From contig QPMI01000203.1 in the NCBI GenBank assembly GCA_004431415.1, positions 94,641-158,640 on the forward strand: DNA of 64,000 nucleotides, given 5' to 3'. Position numbers and translations under genes: made by a program. This document shows positions 1-11,101 of the stretch, piece after piece (the first letter of the stretch is position 1; each line of letters opens with the position of its first letter). The notes beneath the pieces were generated by a model. The model was not told the origin of the DNA and ran no database searches. It saw only the letters and a list, made by a program, of their open reading frames with translations. The DNA comes from Cyanophora paradoxa CCMP329 (lineage: Eukaryota > Plantae > Glaucophyta).

Positions 1-2367
1 CAGCTCTTGATCTGGAAGCGGCCCTCGGGCCAGTCGCCCCAGTCGCCGGCGCGCCCCGCTCCGACCCCCGAGCACCTGCGCGCGGCGGGGGGTCGGGGGG
101 AAGGAGGCCGGAGGAAGGGACGGCGCGGGTGCACCTGTCGCAGAACCAACGATCGCAGCCGCTGCAGCGCACGGGCGTTGGACCCGCCGGGCGGCTGCGC
201 GCGCCGCAGGTCGGCGCGCAGGAGGGGGCGGCGGACGAGGCCGGAGAAGAAGACGAACCCGCATTCGTCGCAGGCGACGTCCGAGGCCCCCGATGACGCC
301 GAGGCCCCCGATGACGCCGAGGGCCCCGCCGAGGGCCCCGCCGCCGAGCCCCCCGCTGAAGCCGCCCCCGCCGAGGCCCCCCCCGCCGCCGCCGCCGCCG
401 CCGCCGCCACCGCCGCCGAGGGAACGAGCAGATCGTAGTGACCTTCCTTGATCCAGAGGACGTGGAGCTCGGTGCTCGCACCCGCGTCGCCTGCGATCGC
501 GCCCGGCAGTGAGCGGCGAGAGGCGCGCAGCGCAGCACAGCGCAGCGCAGATCGCGGGACGCGCCGTACGGGGCCAACAACTTCTGCCAGCGCCACGCAT
601 TGAAGTCGAAGAGGTGGGCGGAGATGCGCACCCCGAGGGCGTGGGCCAGCGCCTTCAGCTCCATCGGACCTGCGCCGGAGGACGCGTCAGAGAACGATAA
701 TCGAGGGCCGACTCGGCGGCGATGCCACGCCCGAGGGGGAGGAGGTCACCTCCCCACCCTGCCCCGTCCCGAATGTGCGCCACGTACTCCTTGAAGGGGC
801 TGGTGGTCTCGATCATCGCACCATCCTCGCCGGTCACGTAGTGCGTCACCTTCCCGTCAAGCACGTCCCTGGTCGCGCGCGCCGGGGTCGGTGCCGGACG
901 GGGGCGACGAGGGGGTCGAGGGGGCGACACGCGAACCAGCTCTCCACGAAGACGTCATAGAGCCGCTCGAGCGCCTCCGCTGCCAGCAGGCGGGCCTGCC
1001 CGATGCTGAGCTCCCCGTGAAACTGCGAGCCCGCCCCGCCCACGACCCGCGTCAGCAGAACGGAGAGCGGAGAGGGCGCGGGTCGTGGCCCGGGACGGAC
1101 CTCCGAGGGGTCGATGCCCGCGGCAGCGAGCTGCTCGGCCGAGGGTCGAACGCCCGCCGCGGCGGCACCGGTGCGGACGGCGTTGAAGAGACAGTTCCCG
1201 CCGCCCACCTGGGGCACGCGCTCGAAGCCACGGGGGGCACCCGCCGGGTCGTCCGACGGCGCAGGCGCAGACGGCGGCGCGTGCGGGGACGGAGGCGAGG
1301 CAGCGGCAGGGGCCGCCGGCGGGGCCGGGGCAGGGGAGGCCGCCGTCGGGCCGGGCGGGGCCGGGGCAGGGCCCGCCGGTGGGGCCGGAGGGCCCCCGAG
1401 GAGGTCGCCGATGGCCCGGCAAATCTCCCCCGCGCACCGCCGGACATCGTCGTCGGCGAGGTCGATCCCGCAGGCTCCGAAATCGTCCTCCGTGCGGGGG
1501 CGATGGACCGCGATGCTGTCCAACTGGCGAGGACCGAAGATCTGCGCACCCGGAGGGCATTAACAAGGAGCGGGCGCGGCCCACTACCCCGCCCAACGCC
1601 CCAGCGCACGTAGTCGTAACCGGAGTAGAGCCAGTCGCGGATCATTCTGTACTCCTCCATCGCGGCATCGGAGCCCACCTGCGAGAGAGGACGGGGTCGG
1701 GGGTGGCGGGCAGGGAGCGGGGCGAGGAATCACGCACGGGCACAGCAGCGGGCGGAGCGGACGGAGCAGGGGCCGGCTGCGGCGCGTCGATGTCCATCGG
1801 GACCGGCGACGTGGAGGGTGCCTGAGCCGCCGCAGGAGCCGCCACCGGCGCCGCCGACCCGCCGGGCGGCTCGTCGCCCTGCGACGAGGAGCGAGTGAGC
1901 GTCGTGGGGTCGTGGGACGCAGCCAGTGCAGCACGGCACGCCAGGAAGAGGCGGCGCCTCTAGTGCTGCCGGGAGGGCGAAGCGCACGGCAACGGGCACA
2001 GCAACGTGCGGAGCGGCCGCACACGGCGCGTCGACGTCCATCGGGACCGGCGACGCAGAGGGTGCCCGAGCCGCCGCAGGAGCCGCCACCGGCGCCACCG
2101 ACCCGTCAGGCGGCTCGTCGTCCTGCGGCGAGGGAGCGAGTGAGCGTCGCGGGGCCGCAGCCAGTGCAGCACGCCAGGAAGAAGCTGCATGTCCGCGCCC
2201 CGACGCTAGTGCTACCGGGAGGGCGAAGCGCACTGCGTCGGCGGCGGGTGCGGGCCCGCGGCGAGGCTTCTTCCGACCACCCCTGCGCGCAGGAGGACGA
2301 GGGCGGTGAGGAATCGCAAGGCCCGCGGCCGCGCGGCGGCGGCGGCGGCGCACCTTCCCATCGCCAT
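1..2367 (-). CDS. Multi-exon protein with HRDC-like domain, OTU-family cysteine protease domain and PHD-like zinc finger; 3' end runs off the window
   Basis: Spliced translation gives YRMIRDWLYSGYDY|IFGPRQLDSIAVHRPRTEDDF...RCAGEICRAI (HRDC-like). OTU motifs: ERVPQVGGGNCLFNAV (~1180-1225), EYVAHIRDGAGWGGDL (~745-790), LHVLWIKEGHYDLL (~425-470). Then CDEC...CSGCDRWFCDRC...FQIKSC (1-280). Candidate start ATG GCG ATG GGA AG|gtgcgc at 2367. Confidence 0.6.
1736..2233. repeat. Two diverged tandem copies (~244 bp period) inside the OTU gene
   Basis: ggcgcgtcgaYgtccatcgggaccggcgacg...gccgccgcaggagccgccaccggcgcc...gggagggcgaagcgcac begins at 1781 and at 2025. Confidence 0.9.
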
Positions 2368-3466
2368 CGCAGAAGCGCAGAACGCCCCCTTCGAATGACG
2401 AACTGCGCGCAGAGCTGCTGCGGGCGCCCGCCCGGCCCACGAGAACCGGTTCTGGCACGCGGCACGAACGCACACGTGGCGGGCTCTCCAAGCGTGCATG
2501 GCGGCTGCATGCGATCCGCGCCCGAAACGCCGGACCAGGAGCCAGTTCTCCAGGCCCGCGTGCGCACGTGCCGGCCCGCTGAATGCCATCACGACATATG
2601 CAAGCGCCCCCGCGCGGCCGAAACGCCACAGGAATCATTCGCGGGGCATGCGCACAGCCGAAACCAGCCCCCGGCGGCGGTGGCGGCGGTGACGTCACCG
2701 CTGTCAGAAAAGGCCCCGCGCGAACGCGGAACGGCGGCTCGGAACCGACGGCGACGCCTGACCGCGGTCGCTATGGAGCGGGACGGCGCTTCCAACTGCA
2801 TTGCCCACACGGGGGGTACACACACGTCCCGTGTGATCGGCGAACGAAGAATGAACATTTAACGTACGAATTAATTTTAAGCCGGCCGGCGCGGCCGCGT
2901 ACGTATATATTTTTTAAGCCTTACGTATTTTTCAAGTTTAATTTTTGGCTCCATATAGATCGCGTATTGTCAGTGCCTGTATAATGGCTGTATTGTCAGT
3001 GGATTCAATGATTCAAAATGCGATTAGGTCAGCGGACAAAGAGCTGCCACCCTCGCCGAGTCGCGCCTTTAAGCCCCAAGACCCAAGGCCACTCCTGCTC
3101 CGCAGGGACTCGGTTGTTATATTGCAAGGGGGACAGAGCAATATTAATCACAATCGATATCGACCCCGGCGCGGGGTCCCCTCCTGGAAGGAGGACAGCA
3201 ATTAATTATACTGCAAGGCGGAGGAGCATGCACGCAAGCGGCGCAACAGATCAGGGGCAGATCTAGCTATAGATATCGATATAGACATAGATCGAAAAGC
3301 CGAACAATATGCACGCGCACTTGCCAGTCGAGTTGACCGTCGGACTATATACAATGGGTAGCAGCGGCCCGCCCCCGACTCGGGGAGGCTCACACGTACA
3401 AAGAGAGCGTGTAGCGCGGGGCCCCGAATGTACAAGAAGCGGCCCCGGCCCAGCCCAGCTAGCTAA

Positions 3467-6072
3467 CTAGCCCCGAGCGGATGCACCCTCCGCCACAAGG
3501 AGGTCGTAGCGGGGCAGCTTGATGCCGGTGGCGCTGCCCCGATCGAAGAGGAGGTGGATGGCGGCCCCGACCTCCTCGGGGGGCCCGGCGGGCCCCGGCC
3601 CGGAAGCCCCCGCGCCGGCCGGCGTCCCAGCAGGCGGGCCGGCCGCCTGGGAGGGCGCGGCGGCCCCCGCGCTGGGCGGCGCGTCGGCAAGCCCCGGCCC
3701 GATCGAGGCGGCGCCGGCCCCGGGCCGGCTCGCGTCGGCGACCGCGGAGCGCCACTCGCCGCCTCCGTGCTCGACGTGCAGGACGATCCGCGCCCCGAGG
3801 TGCTTCGAGAGGGCGAGCAGCACGATCCAGCCTGCCGGAGGCGGGTACCGGCGAGCAGCAGAGGTCAGCAAAGGGGTAAGAGGGTCGGGGCCGCGCGGCG
3901 CGGAGAGGACAGGGCACGCCTCCCGTGATCACCGGGCCCCGCTTCGGGTCAGTGTACCCCAGGCGCTTGGCGTACTCCTCCAGCGTCACCGGACTCCTGC
4001 CCGGGCCCATGGCAACGCGCCCCTCGTCGAGCATCTGCAGCCACGCCCGCGGGTAAGATCGGAAGGCAGCGAGATGGAGAGAGAGAGAGGGGGCGTACGC
4101 GGTTCGCCTCCAGGAGCCCCCGCCCCTCCTCGCTCGCCAGGAGGAGAGCCACCTTCTCGCGGAGGCGGAGCGCCGGGCCGCCCCAGCTCTTCTCCGGGGG
4201 CCGACCCCCGCCCTCCTGCTCGGCGAGCTTTGGACCCTGAGATTCTGGAGGCCTTGCCTCTTTGGACCCTTTGGGGGGGGGGGGCGCACCGGCAGCTCCT
4301 CGCCCATGGCGGCGGCCTGGAACAGGCAGTGGCTGTCGTCGGTGGAGGCGACCCGGACGAACCCGGCGGGCACCGGCGCATCCTTCTTCGGCCGGAGGTG
4401 CGGGGGGAGCCACCCGGGGCGCGCCCGCTGCCCCTGCTGCGGCGCCGCGCCCCCTCCCGCCCACCTGCCGGAGCGGCTGAGCGCCGGGGGCCGGCAGACG
4501 GAGAGTGGAATTCGAAAACGCACTGGGTCACGCGGACAGGGGTGACGACCGGCGGCGGGCCGCGCCGCAGCTCCCCCAGCCCCAGCGGCACGAGCCTCAC
4601 CCCCTCCGCGGGGCCGTTCACCTTTCGCCCGCGCGCCCCGTCCACCTTGGGCCGCACGATCCGCCGGAACTGCACCAGCGCGAGCTCGCTGGGGGCTGCC
4701 GCCGGCACGACGCTGTACCCGAGGAGCTCGGCCTGGGCGACGAGCCCCGCCACCGCCGCCGAGTCTGCCGCCTGCCCGCCCGCCGCCGCCGCCGCCGTCG
4801 CTTCGCGCCCACCCCCGCAGGCCGGGAGCGTCGACCCCGGGGCGGCCTCGATGTCGCATCGCTCGACCGCGAGCGCCACGCTCCCCCTGTTGAACGTGCG
4901 CATGGCCCCCTTTGCGTGGAGCACCACGCGCGGGAGGTGGCGGAAGCCCGCCTCGATGGGCAGCTCCTCCGGGCCCCCCTCGAGCCCCCCAGGCGGCTCG
5001 TCGAAGCCGTGCGAGCGCACGCGCCGCAGGCGCATCACCTCCACGCCCGAATCAGATGCCGCGCGGCCCTGCGCCGAAGCTCGGGCGAGGGACGAGGGGC
5101 GGCCCGGCGCCGCTGGGGGGAGAGGAGGGGAGGGGCGCGCACCACGGAGCGGCGGAACTCGTGGCACAGGCACGTCACGTCGATGTCGTACTCGACGTAC
5201 CCCTCGGGGCGGGGTTCGAGGGGGCGCGGATCGCCCACGAGGGCTCCCGGGGCCGGCTCGCCGCCCTCGGGTCCCGCTTACCGCGTCGAGCGTCGGGAAC
5301 GGGAACACCTCCCCTATTTTGGGCACCGTGCGCCGGGCCTCCCGCACGCGGCGGAGGGCCTCCGCGAGGTCCGCCGGGTCGAGCCCCGCGACGACGAGGA
5401 GGATCGCGTTCTCCTCCGGCATGCAGCCCAGGCCGGGCAGGAGGGGTGCCTGGTCGTTCCGTGAGCGAGCGAGCCGTTTTGCACTTGAAGAATGTAGAGA
5501 GTGGGGGAGAGCGCGGGGAGTGGGGCTCACCACGCTCCGCCGCAGTCCGTGGTTGGTGGCGCAGAGACGCGCGATGTCCTCGCGGTCGAGGCGTCCGAGC
5601 ACGGACACGAGGAGTTCTTGCGGCAGGCCCTCCAGGGGCGACAGAGCGGCGTGCGTCGGCTCCGCGGCGGGCTCCGCGCCGGCTTCCTGCGCGGGGGCTG
5701 CTTCTGAGCGCGCTGGCTGGCGAGGGCGGAAGAGGAGAGAACGGAAGAAGAAACTCGCCTCCTGGCGCTCCGGAGGCGACAGAGCGGCGTGCGTCGGCTC
5801 CGCGCCGGGCTCCGCGCCGGCTTCCTGCGCGGGGGCTGCTTCTGAGCGCGCTGGCGAGGGCGGAAGAGGAGAGAACGGAAGAAGAAACTCGCCTCCTGGC
5901 GCTCCGGAGGCGACAGAGCGGCGTGCGTCGGCTCCGCGCCGGGCTCCGCGCCGGCTTCCTGCGCGGGGGCTGCTTCTGAGCGCGCTGGCGAGGGCGGAAG
6001 GGAGAGGTTATCTATCCTACTCGCCTCCTCACGCCTGCGCTTGGAGTTCGTCCCTTGGTCGTTTGGGCGCAT
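3467..6072 (-). CDS. F-box protein with a C-terminal degenerate OTU-like domain
   Basis: SPLEGLPQELLVSVLGRLDREDIARLCATNHGLRR (~5535-5640) fits the F-box consensus. OTU-like segments: FVRVASTDDSHCLFQAA (~4310-4360), LEEYAKRLG, GWIVLLALSKHLGARIVLH, IHLLF...PRYDLL (His position is Arg). Stop at 3467; start uncertain. Confidence 0.55.
5637..6000. repeat. ~2.7 near-identical tandem copies, 134-138 bp period; each looks like an 83-nt exon plus a GC-AG intron on the minus strand
   Basis: gacagagcggcgtgcgtcggctccgcg starts at 5640, 5778 and 5912. The minus-strand unit contains gcgagt...cgcgctcag. Confidence 0.9.
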
Positions 6073-6360
6073 CTGTGCGGCCGTCAGGGGGCAGCCCCTG
6101 GGTCTGGGCTCCGGCGCAGCGCGGGCGGCGAAAGGGACGAAACAGACGGGAGGGAGCGAGACACGAAAGGCGCGCGCGATGACGAAATGCGCGGTGCGCG
6201 AATTTGCGGGGGCGGGATACCTTATAGCCTCGCGAGCTCGAGGTACTGCGAGGTGTGCGCCGCGATGTGCTGCGCTGCGTGTGCTGCGTTTCGCCGCTCG
6301 CGACCGGAGAGGTGCTGCGTCGACTCGCGTGCGTACGTGTACCCCCCTGTACAGAGCAGG

Positions 6361-6961
6361 CTCTGGCTCTCGCGATCGTAATTCTTCCGATCGTAACAAC
6401 AGCCCAGACGATCGTAATTCTACTAGGCTAGACCTTCAAGGGCTTCTCTGGCTCTCGCGATCGTAATTCTTCCGATCGTAACAACAGCCCAGACGATCGT
6501 AATTCTAGACCTTCAGCCCGACCTTCAGCCCCCCTTCAGGGGCTTCTCGGTCGTAATTCTAGGCGATCGTAATCGTAGTTCCGCAGCCCCGCTGACTTCT
6601 CGGCTTATAATTAGCTCTTATCTTAGCTTAGCTCTTATCGTAATTCTCGTCTGTGCTCGTAATCTTGGGGGCGCTCTCTGATCTTTGCGATCGTAATTCG
6701 TAATTCGTGAAGACCTGCCGCGATCTTAAGCTATCATGCCGCGATCGTAATTCTGATCATATAGTCGTAATTCTGATCCACCTAGGGCCAGCTATGGTGA
6801 TCGTAATCGTAATTCTTAAGCTTATCTCGCTTAACTAGCTATATATATTAATCGCAGCTATATGGGCAAAGGTGATCGCGATCATACAGGGCGCCAAAGG
6901 CGTGCTTCTTGGGGCTTGTAGTAATCGTAATTCTTGGCTTGGCTCGCGGTGGTCGTAATTT
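6361..6961 (+). repeat. Lower-GC array of the motif (GA)TCGTAA(TTC), including an ~85-bp direct repeat
   Basis: About 18 co-oriented TCGTAA cores, most continuing as TTC. ctctggctctcgcgatcgtaattcttccgatcgtaacaacagcccagacgatcgtaattcta occurs at 6361 and 6446. Confidence 0.85.
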
Positions 6962-7441
6962 CGGCAGCTCGATCTCGAGGGGGGTTACCTACTACTGCTG
7001 CTGCTGCTGCTGCCGCCGGTCAGGCTGCAGCGGCGCACCAGCGGCCGCGGCGGCGACACCTGCGGCGGCATCCTGCGCCTTCGTGTAGCCGTCTGCGTCT
7101 GCGTCGCCGCCGTCTACGTCGGTGGCTGGGGCGGGGCGCGCTCACCGTTGGAGTAGATCGATATCAGGAAGGCCGAGGAGCAGCCGCGCTTGGGGGCGTT
7201 CGGGTCCTTCTTCTGCTTGCCACTACCGGGCCGCCTCGGCGCGACTGCTATGCTCTGCTATCTCTTCGGTTGAAGTGAGCGAGTGGACCGAGCAAGTTGG
7301 AGACCGAGGAGCTTCCCAACAACGCCGAAACCCACTACCCCAAAAGTGCAAGCGCCGCAAAATTTTGAAGCGCGGCAACGGCGACCAGCGACAAGCTCGC
7401 GTTCAGTTGGACACAGCTGTCCGTGATCCGATCAGCTCAGC

Positions 7442-8192
7442 ATGCTGCGCTCCGCGGCGCTGCAGGCCGTGCGCGCTCGGTTCCGCGCAACGAGGGCATC
7501 GGCGGTTCCACAGCAAGCGCTTTGGCGCGTACGCGCCCCATCCGCACCGATTTTAATTTAATTTATCTTAGAACGGCATCACAGGGCTCTTCACGAAGCG
7601 CCCGAAGGCCTTCGCTCGAGCTCGAGCTCGCCCGGGCTCACGCACGTCGGCCCGGACGGCCTCCCGACAATGGTTGACGTCTCAGCCAAAACACCGACTC
7701 GACGCACAGCCACCGCACAATGCTCCGTGCGCCTGCCTCCGGTCGTCGCGATGCAGCTTCGGGACGGGGAGATCGCCAGCAAAAAGGGCCCCGTCTTTGC
7801 AACCGCGATCATAAGCGGCACGATGGGCGCAAAGCAAACCAGTGCGATCAATCTTTCGAGGCTTCGCCGCTGGGTGAACGTGCCTGTTCACACACATGCG
7901 CCCAGGCTCACTCATTCCGTTCTGTCACCCACTTGGATTGGAGAGTTGCAGGCTCGAAATCTCCCCGGACCCTGCTGGAGCAGATCCAGACGGCTTTACT
8001 CCCATACTCATCAAATGCACGGTTGGCGTGACAGCCAAGACAGGAGTGGAAATGGAGGCCCTCACAGGCTGCACTATCGCTGCTCTGACGATTTATGACA
8101 TGTGTAAGGCACTGTCCCACGACATCCAAATATCTGGAATCTGCCTCGTCCACAAGACGGGAGGGAAGTCCGATGTGAAACCTCAAGGGTAG
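7442..8192 (+). CDS. moaC: Cyclic pyranopterin monophosphate synthase MoaC/CNX3 (molybdenum cofactor biosynthesis) with an Arg/Ala-rich presequence
   Basis: LTHVGPDGLPTMVDVSAK...KKGPVFATAIISGTMGAKQTS|SLIPFCHPL...KTGVEMEALTG...LTIYDMCKA...KTGGKS. GT-AG intron 7842-7905. N-terminus MLRSAALQAVRARFR resembles a mitochondrial presequence. Confidence 0.95.
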
Positions 8193-8845
8193 CATTTGGA
8201 CACGTTCTAAAATTAAAACGCAAGTCCGACGGTCCGGGCTACAAGTGTGGAAATGTACACTGCGGCTGCCGCAGCTGCGGGCCCAGCCCACCAGCGAGCT
8301 GGCCCGCCGGGCCCTGTGTGGCCCCCTAAGGAGAGTAATGCGGACACTGTAGCTAGCTAGAGCTACATGTGCCCGCAATTGCAAGGCCTAGGCGCCACGC
8401 ATCAAAATCAAAGACGTCCGACCTTAGATCAGTCGTCCACCCCCTAATCTCAATCTCTCGATCCGACCCCTTTCGAATCAAAGTCCGATGGGGGTTAGCG
8501 CTTGCCAATCACGAGCGCTTTCCTGGCTGCTTTGATTTCAATTTCGGGGCTTTTCAACGATCTGACCCTTTGCCTGCCATGCATATGGTTGGACGGGGGG
8601 TTAGACTTCGATTTTCGATTTCGCTTTGGCCGTGGTTCGACGTAGGAGCTCCCGCCACCGCCCAAGACACAACCTCCCCCCCAAGAATAAATGTGGCACT
8701 CGATGCACGGGCCCCTGTATACGTAGCCAGTGTCCGCGGGGAAGCACTTTCTCCCCTTTCAAGGGCCACGCAGGGCCCGGCCAGCCAGCACGTTTTTGGG
8801 CTGGGGCCACAGCACGTTGCCACACTTGGAGCCTGAACTTCGCGA

Positions 8846-10746
8846 TTAGATCCGTGTCCGAACGCTGGCAATCGAATCATAGAAGTCGGGAGCCGATGCA
8901 AGAGGAATGCTGGGCAAAGGTGCACTCTGGTAGCAGAGAATCTGCAGGATCCGGAGGGATTATCGAACGGCCAACAGCAAGACAGCACCACACCAGACGC
9001 ACATCGCCGTGCTGGAGTTCAAGCTCCTTAAGTGTGGAGTTCAGGTCAAGGTCCTCGACTCGACCAGGGTGGATCTCTTCGAAGAGAATAAGCGGAGTGG
9101 AGGAAGGCAGCCGCTGCCAGCCTCTCAACGTGGGAAGAAGGTCCGACAAGGACATGTCCTGTTGTGCAATAAGGTGCCCTGCATAAACCAGCTTTTGCGT
9201 ATTTGGGTCGTAGAACTGTAGAAGCAGAACTTCGGCACAAAGAAACAAGACACAGCACAGAAACCAGAATACCTTGAAAAATACCAGGATCGACTCTTCA
9301 AAGATTTGCGGAAGCTCCTTGTCACTTGACTCCAGAAAGAGCTTTGCAGGCCCATTAGCTCCAGGAGCAAGACCCGCACAGGAGTGCTCGGAATCTCCAT
9401 CTTCATCAAGAAGATAGTCTGGCCGCCGTGTCCCATTTTGCCGAAGCACAAAAACCCATAGCCGAAGCTGAGGGGTGACTCCCCCTGGGTTGGAGCGCTT
9501 CGCCTCCTCGCTGAGGATGTCACTTACGACACATCCCTTTGGGTAGCGCTCCACAGGGCTGCAAAGATCAGGATAAGGGTTGCTCCAGAGGGAAAGAAAG
9601 ATCAGGGGACGGATTGTGCATACATGCGTTCGAAGTCGACGAGATCAAAGCCTGAGTGACTTCGCATATCCTCCTCCCGCACTACTTGCAGGACCGTGAA
9701 CAGTCTCTGTATTAAGCAGTTACCTAGCGTCGAGAATATGTTGTGTATATGCGCACAGAATCCTCACGGCGACGTCTGTGCATCTCTTCCCGCACTTCTT
9801 TCAGCTCTCCTTCCACTGAAAGAAGCCGTGAATGGAGCAAGGCGATCTGTTCATGCTTCAATTGAAGGCACTGTCAGTTGGGACGGTAAGAGAACGCACA
9901 ATGCCCCTCATCTGACCAACTGCACCTGAAAAGGCAATCAGTTAGTACTTCCTTGGAGTTAAGTTAACAGTTACACTGTCACTCACAATTCCCTTTCACA
10001 TGAGCTTCAACTTCAGTGTGTCTGCCCCGGAACTCGCAGCCAAATGGTTGTCCCGTCCGCATTGCAGAGTTTGGACAAGGACAGAACTAACACTGGACAG
10101 ATTAGCATAGCATAGCTGGATTACGATTAAGATGTGCAACGTTGCAGGGACTTAAGATTAGGATTACGATTAGGATTAAGCACTCTTAAAGAAGTGGGAA
10201 GAAAGAGATTAGAGCAGCCGGACCTGACACTCCTCTTGGATATGTTTCGCTGCGTGCCAGACCCATGAGTAGAGTATTGGATGGCTGGCAGAGCTGGAAG
10301 CGGCACACCAAGATCCCTTCGAAGAATGCGGCCGCAGGTCTCAGGGCTGTGCACGCACGTGACGGGCGCGAAGGGGCAGGTCGCGGGGTGGTTGTCGGAG
10401 AGAGTGCCGCTGAACGTGCAGCCCGAATCGCGGTGGTGGCAGTGGGTCTTGAGGTTTCCGACAAGCCGCTTAATAAAGCTGGACGGCACAAATCTCGACT
10501 CGCTGATGGGAACCCGGCACACGGGGCACGTCGCTGTCCCAGGGGGGCGCGAGTTGATCCAGTTCGTGATGCAAGCCGCGCAGAACACGTGATCCTGTGC
10601 ACATCTGACTTGTATCGGATCGTCAAGGCACTCCCCACAAATCGGGCACTTTAGGTCACCCGGAACGGCTGCGCGCCAATCAGGCCAGCGATGAAAGCGA
10701 TGAAGCGAGGCGCACGGTCGTCAAAGATCTCGAGCGGTATTCCCAT
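8846..10746 (-). CDS. RING-HC plus TRAF-type zinc finger protein fused to USP7/HAUSP-like C-terminal ubiquitin-like domains
   Basis: MGIPLEIFDD...CPICGECLDDPIQVRCAQDHVFCAACI...CPVCR...KRLVGNLKTHCHHRDSGC...HPATCPFAPVTC. Then EDMRSHSGFDLVD, LRLWVFVLRQNGTRRP, ILVFFK|FYDP...LVYAGH, LILFEEIHPG...ELQHGD|ILCYQ...APDFYDSI, typical of the USP7 UBL region. 3' end uncertain. Confidence 0.7.
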
Positions 10747-10755
10747 TACGACTAG

Positions 10756-10784
10756 GCTGTAGCTGTAGCTGTAGCTGTAGCTGT
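10756..10784. repeat. (GCTGTA)n microsatellite immediately upstream of the RING gene ATG
   Basis: About five tandem units visible directly. Confidence 0.85.
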
Positions 10785-11101
10785 GCAAGGCGGGGACGAG
10801 CACTAGCGCTCAGCCTGTCCGAATTCTACCTCCGGGAAAGCGCCTGACCCCCCTCCAACCCCGCCGGAGTTCAAGGCCCAGTGTGAACCACCCGCCTTCG
10901 GCCCGCCGCACTGCGCTTGACCGATTTGATACAATGATGGCAACCGCGCTCAGGGTGATGCCGCGACAGCGGCTGCTGCGGCGGCTGCGGCGCTGCGGCG
11001 GCTGCGGCGCTGCGGCGACTGCAACTGCGGCGCTGCGGCGGCTGCGCTCCGATCAGGGTACGGTGTTCTGCGATCGATCGATCAGGGTACGGTGTTCTTC
11101 G

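Noticed and set aside
3519-6182. 887-aa plus-strand ORF and the many other long Arg/Pro/Gly/Ala-rich ORFs (e.g. 24844-27261, 55806-57569)
   Set aside because: Stop-codon scarcity in very GC-rich DNA. They are antisense or off-frame shadows of spliced genes and have no domain motifs.
2811-6347. GGGGGGTACAC / GTGTACCCCCC as terminal inverted repeats of a 3.5-kb transposon
   Set aside because: Only 11 bp with no target-site duplication, and the same motif recurs upstream of most genes, so a promoter element explains it better.
6361-6961. Possible CRISPR array
   Set aside because: The repeat core is only 6-11 bp, spacers are irregular and partly duplicated, the context is eukaryotic and there are no cas genes.
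6960-7300. Possible small gene upstream of moaC (ORF 6934-7278; minus-strand donor-like gtgagc near 7146)
   Set aside because: No convincing ATG-to-stop spliced model or protein motif could be built.
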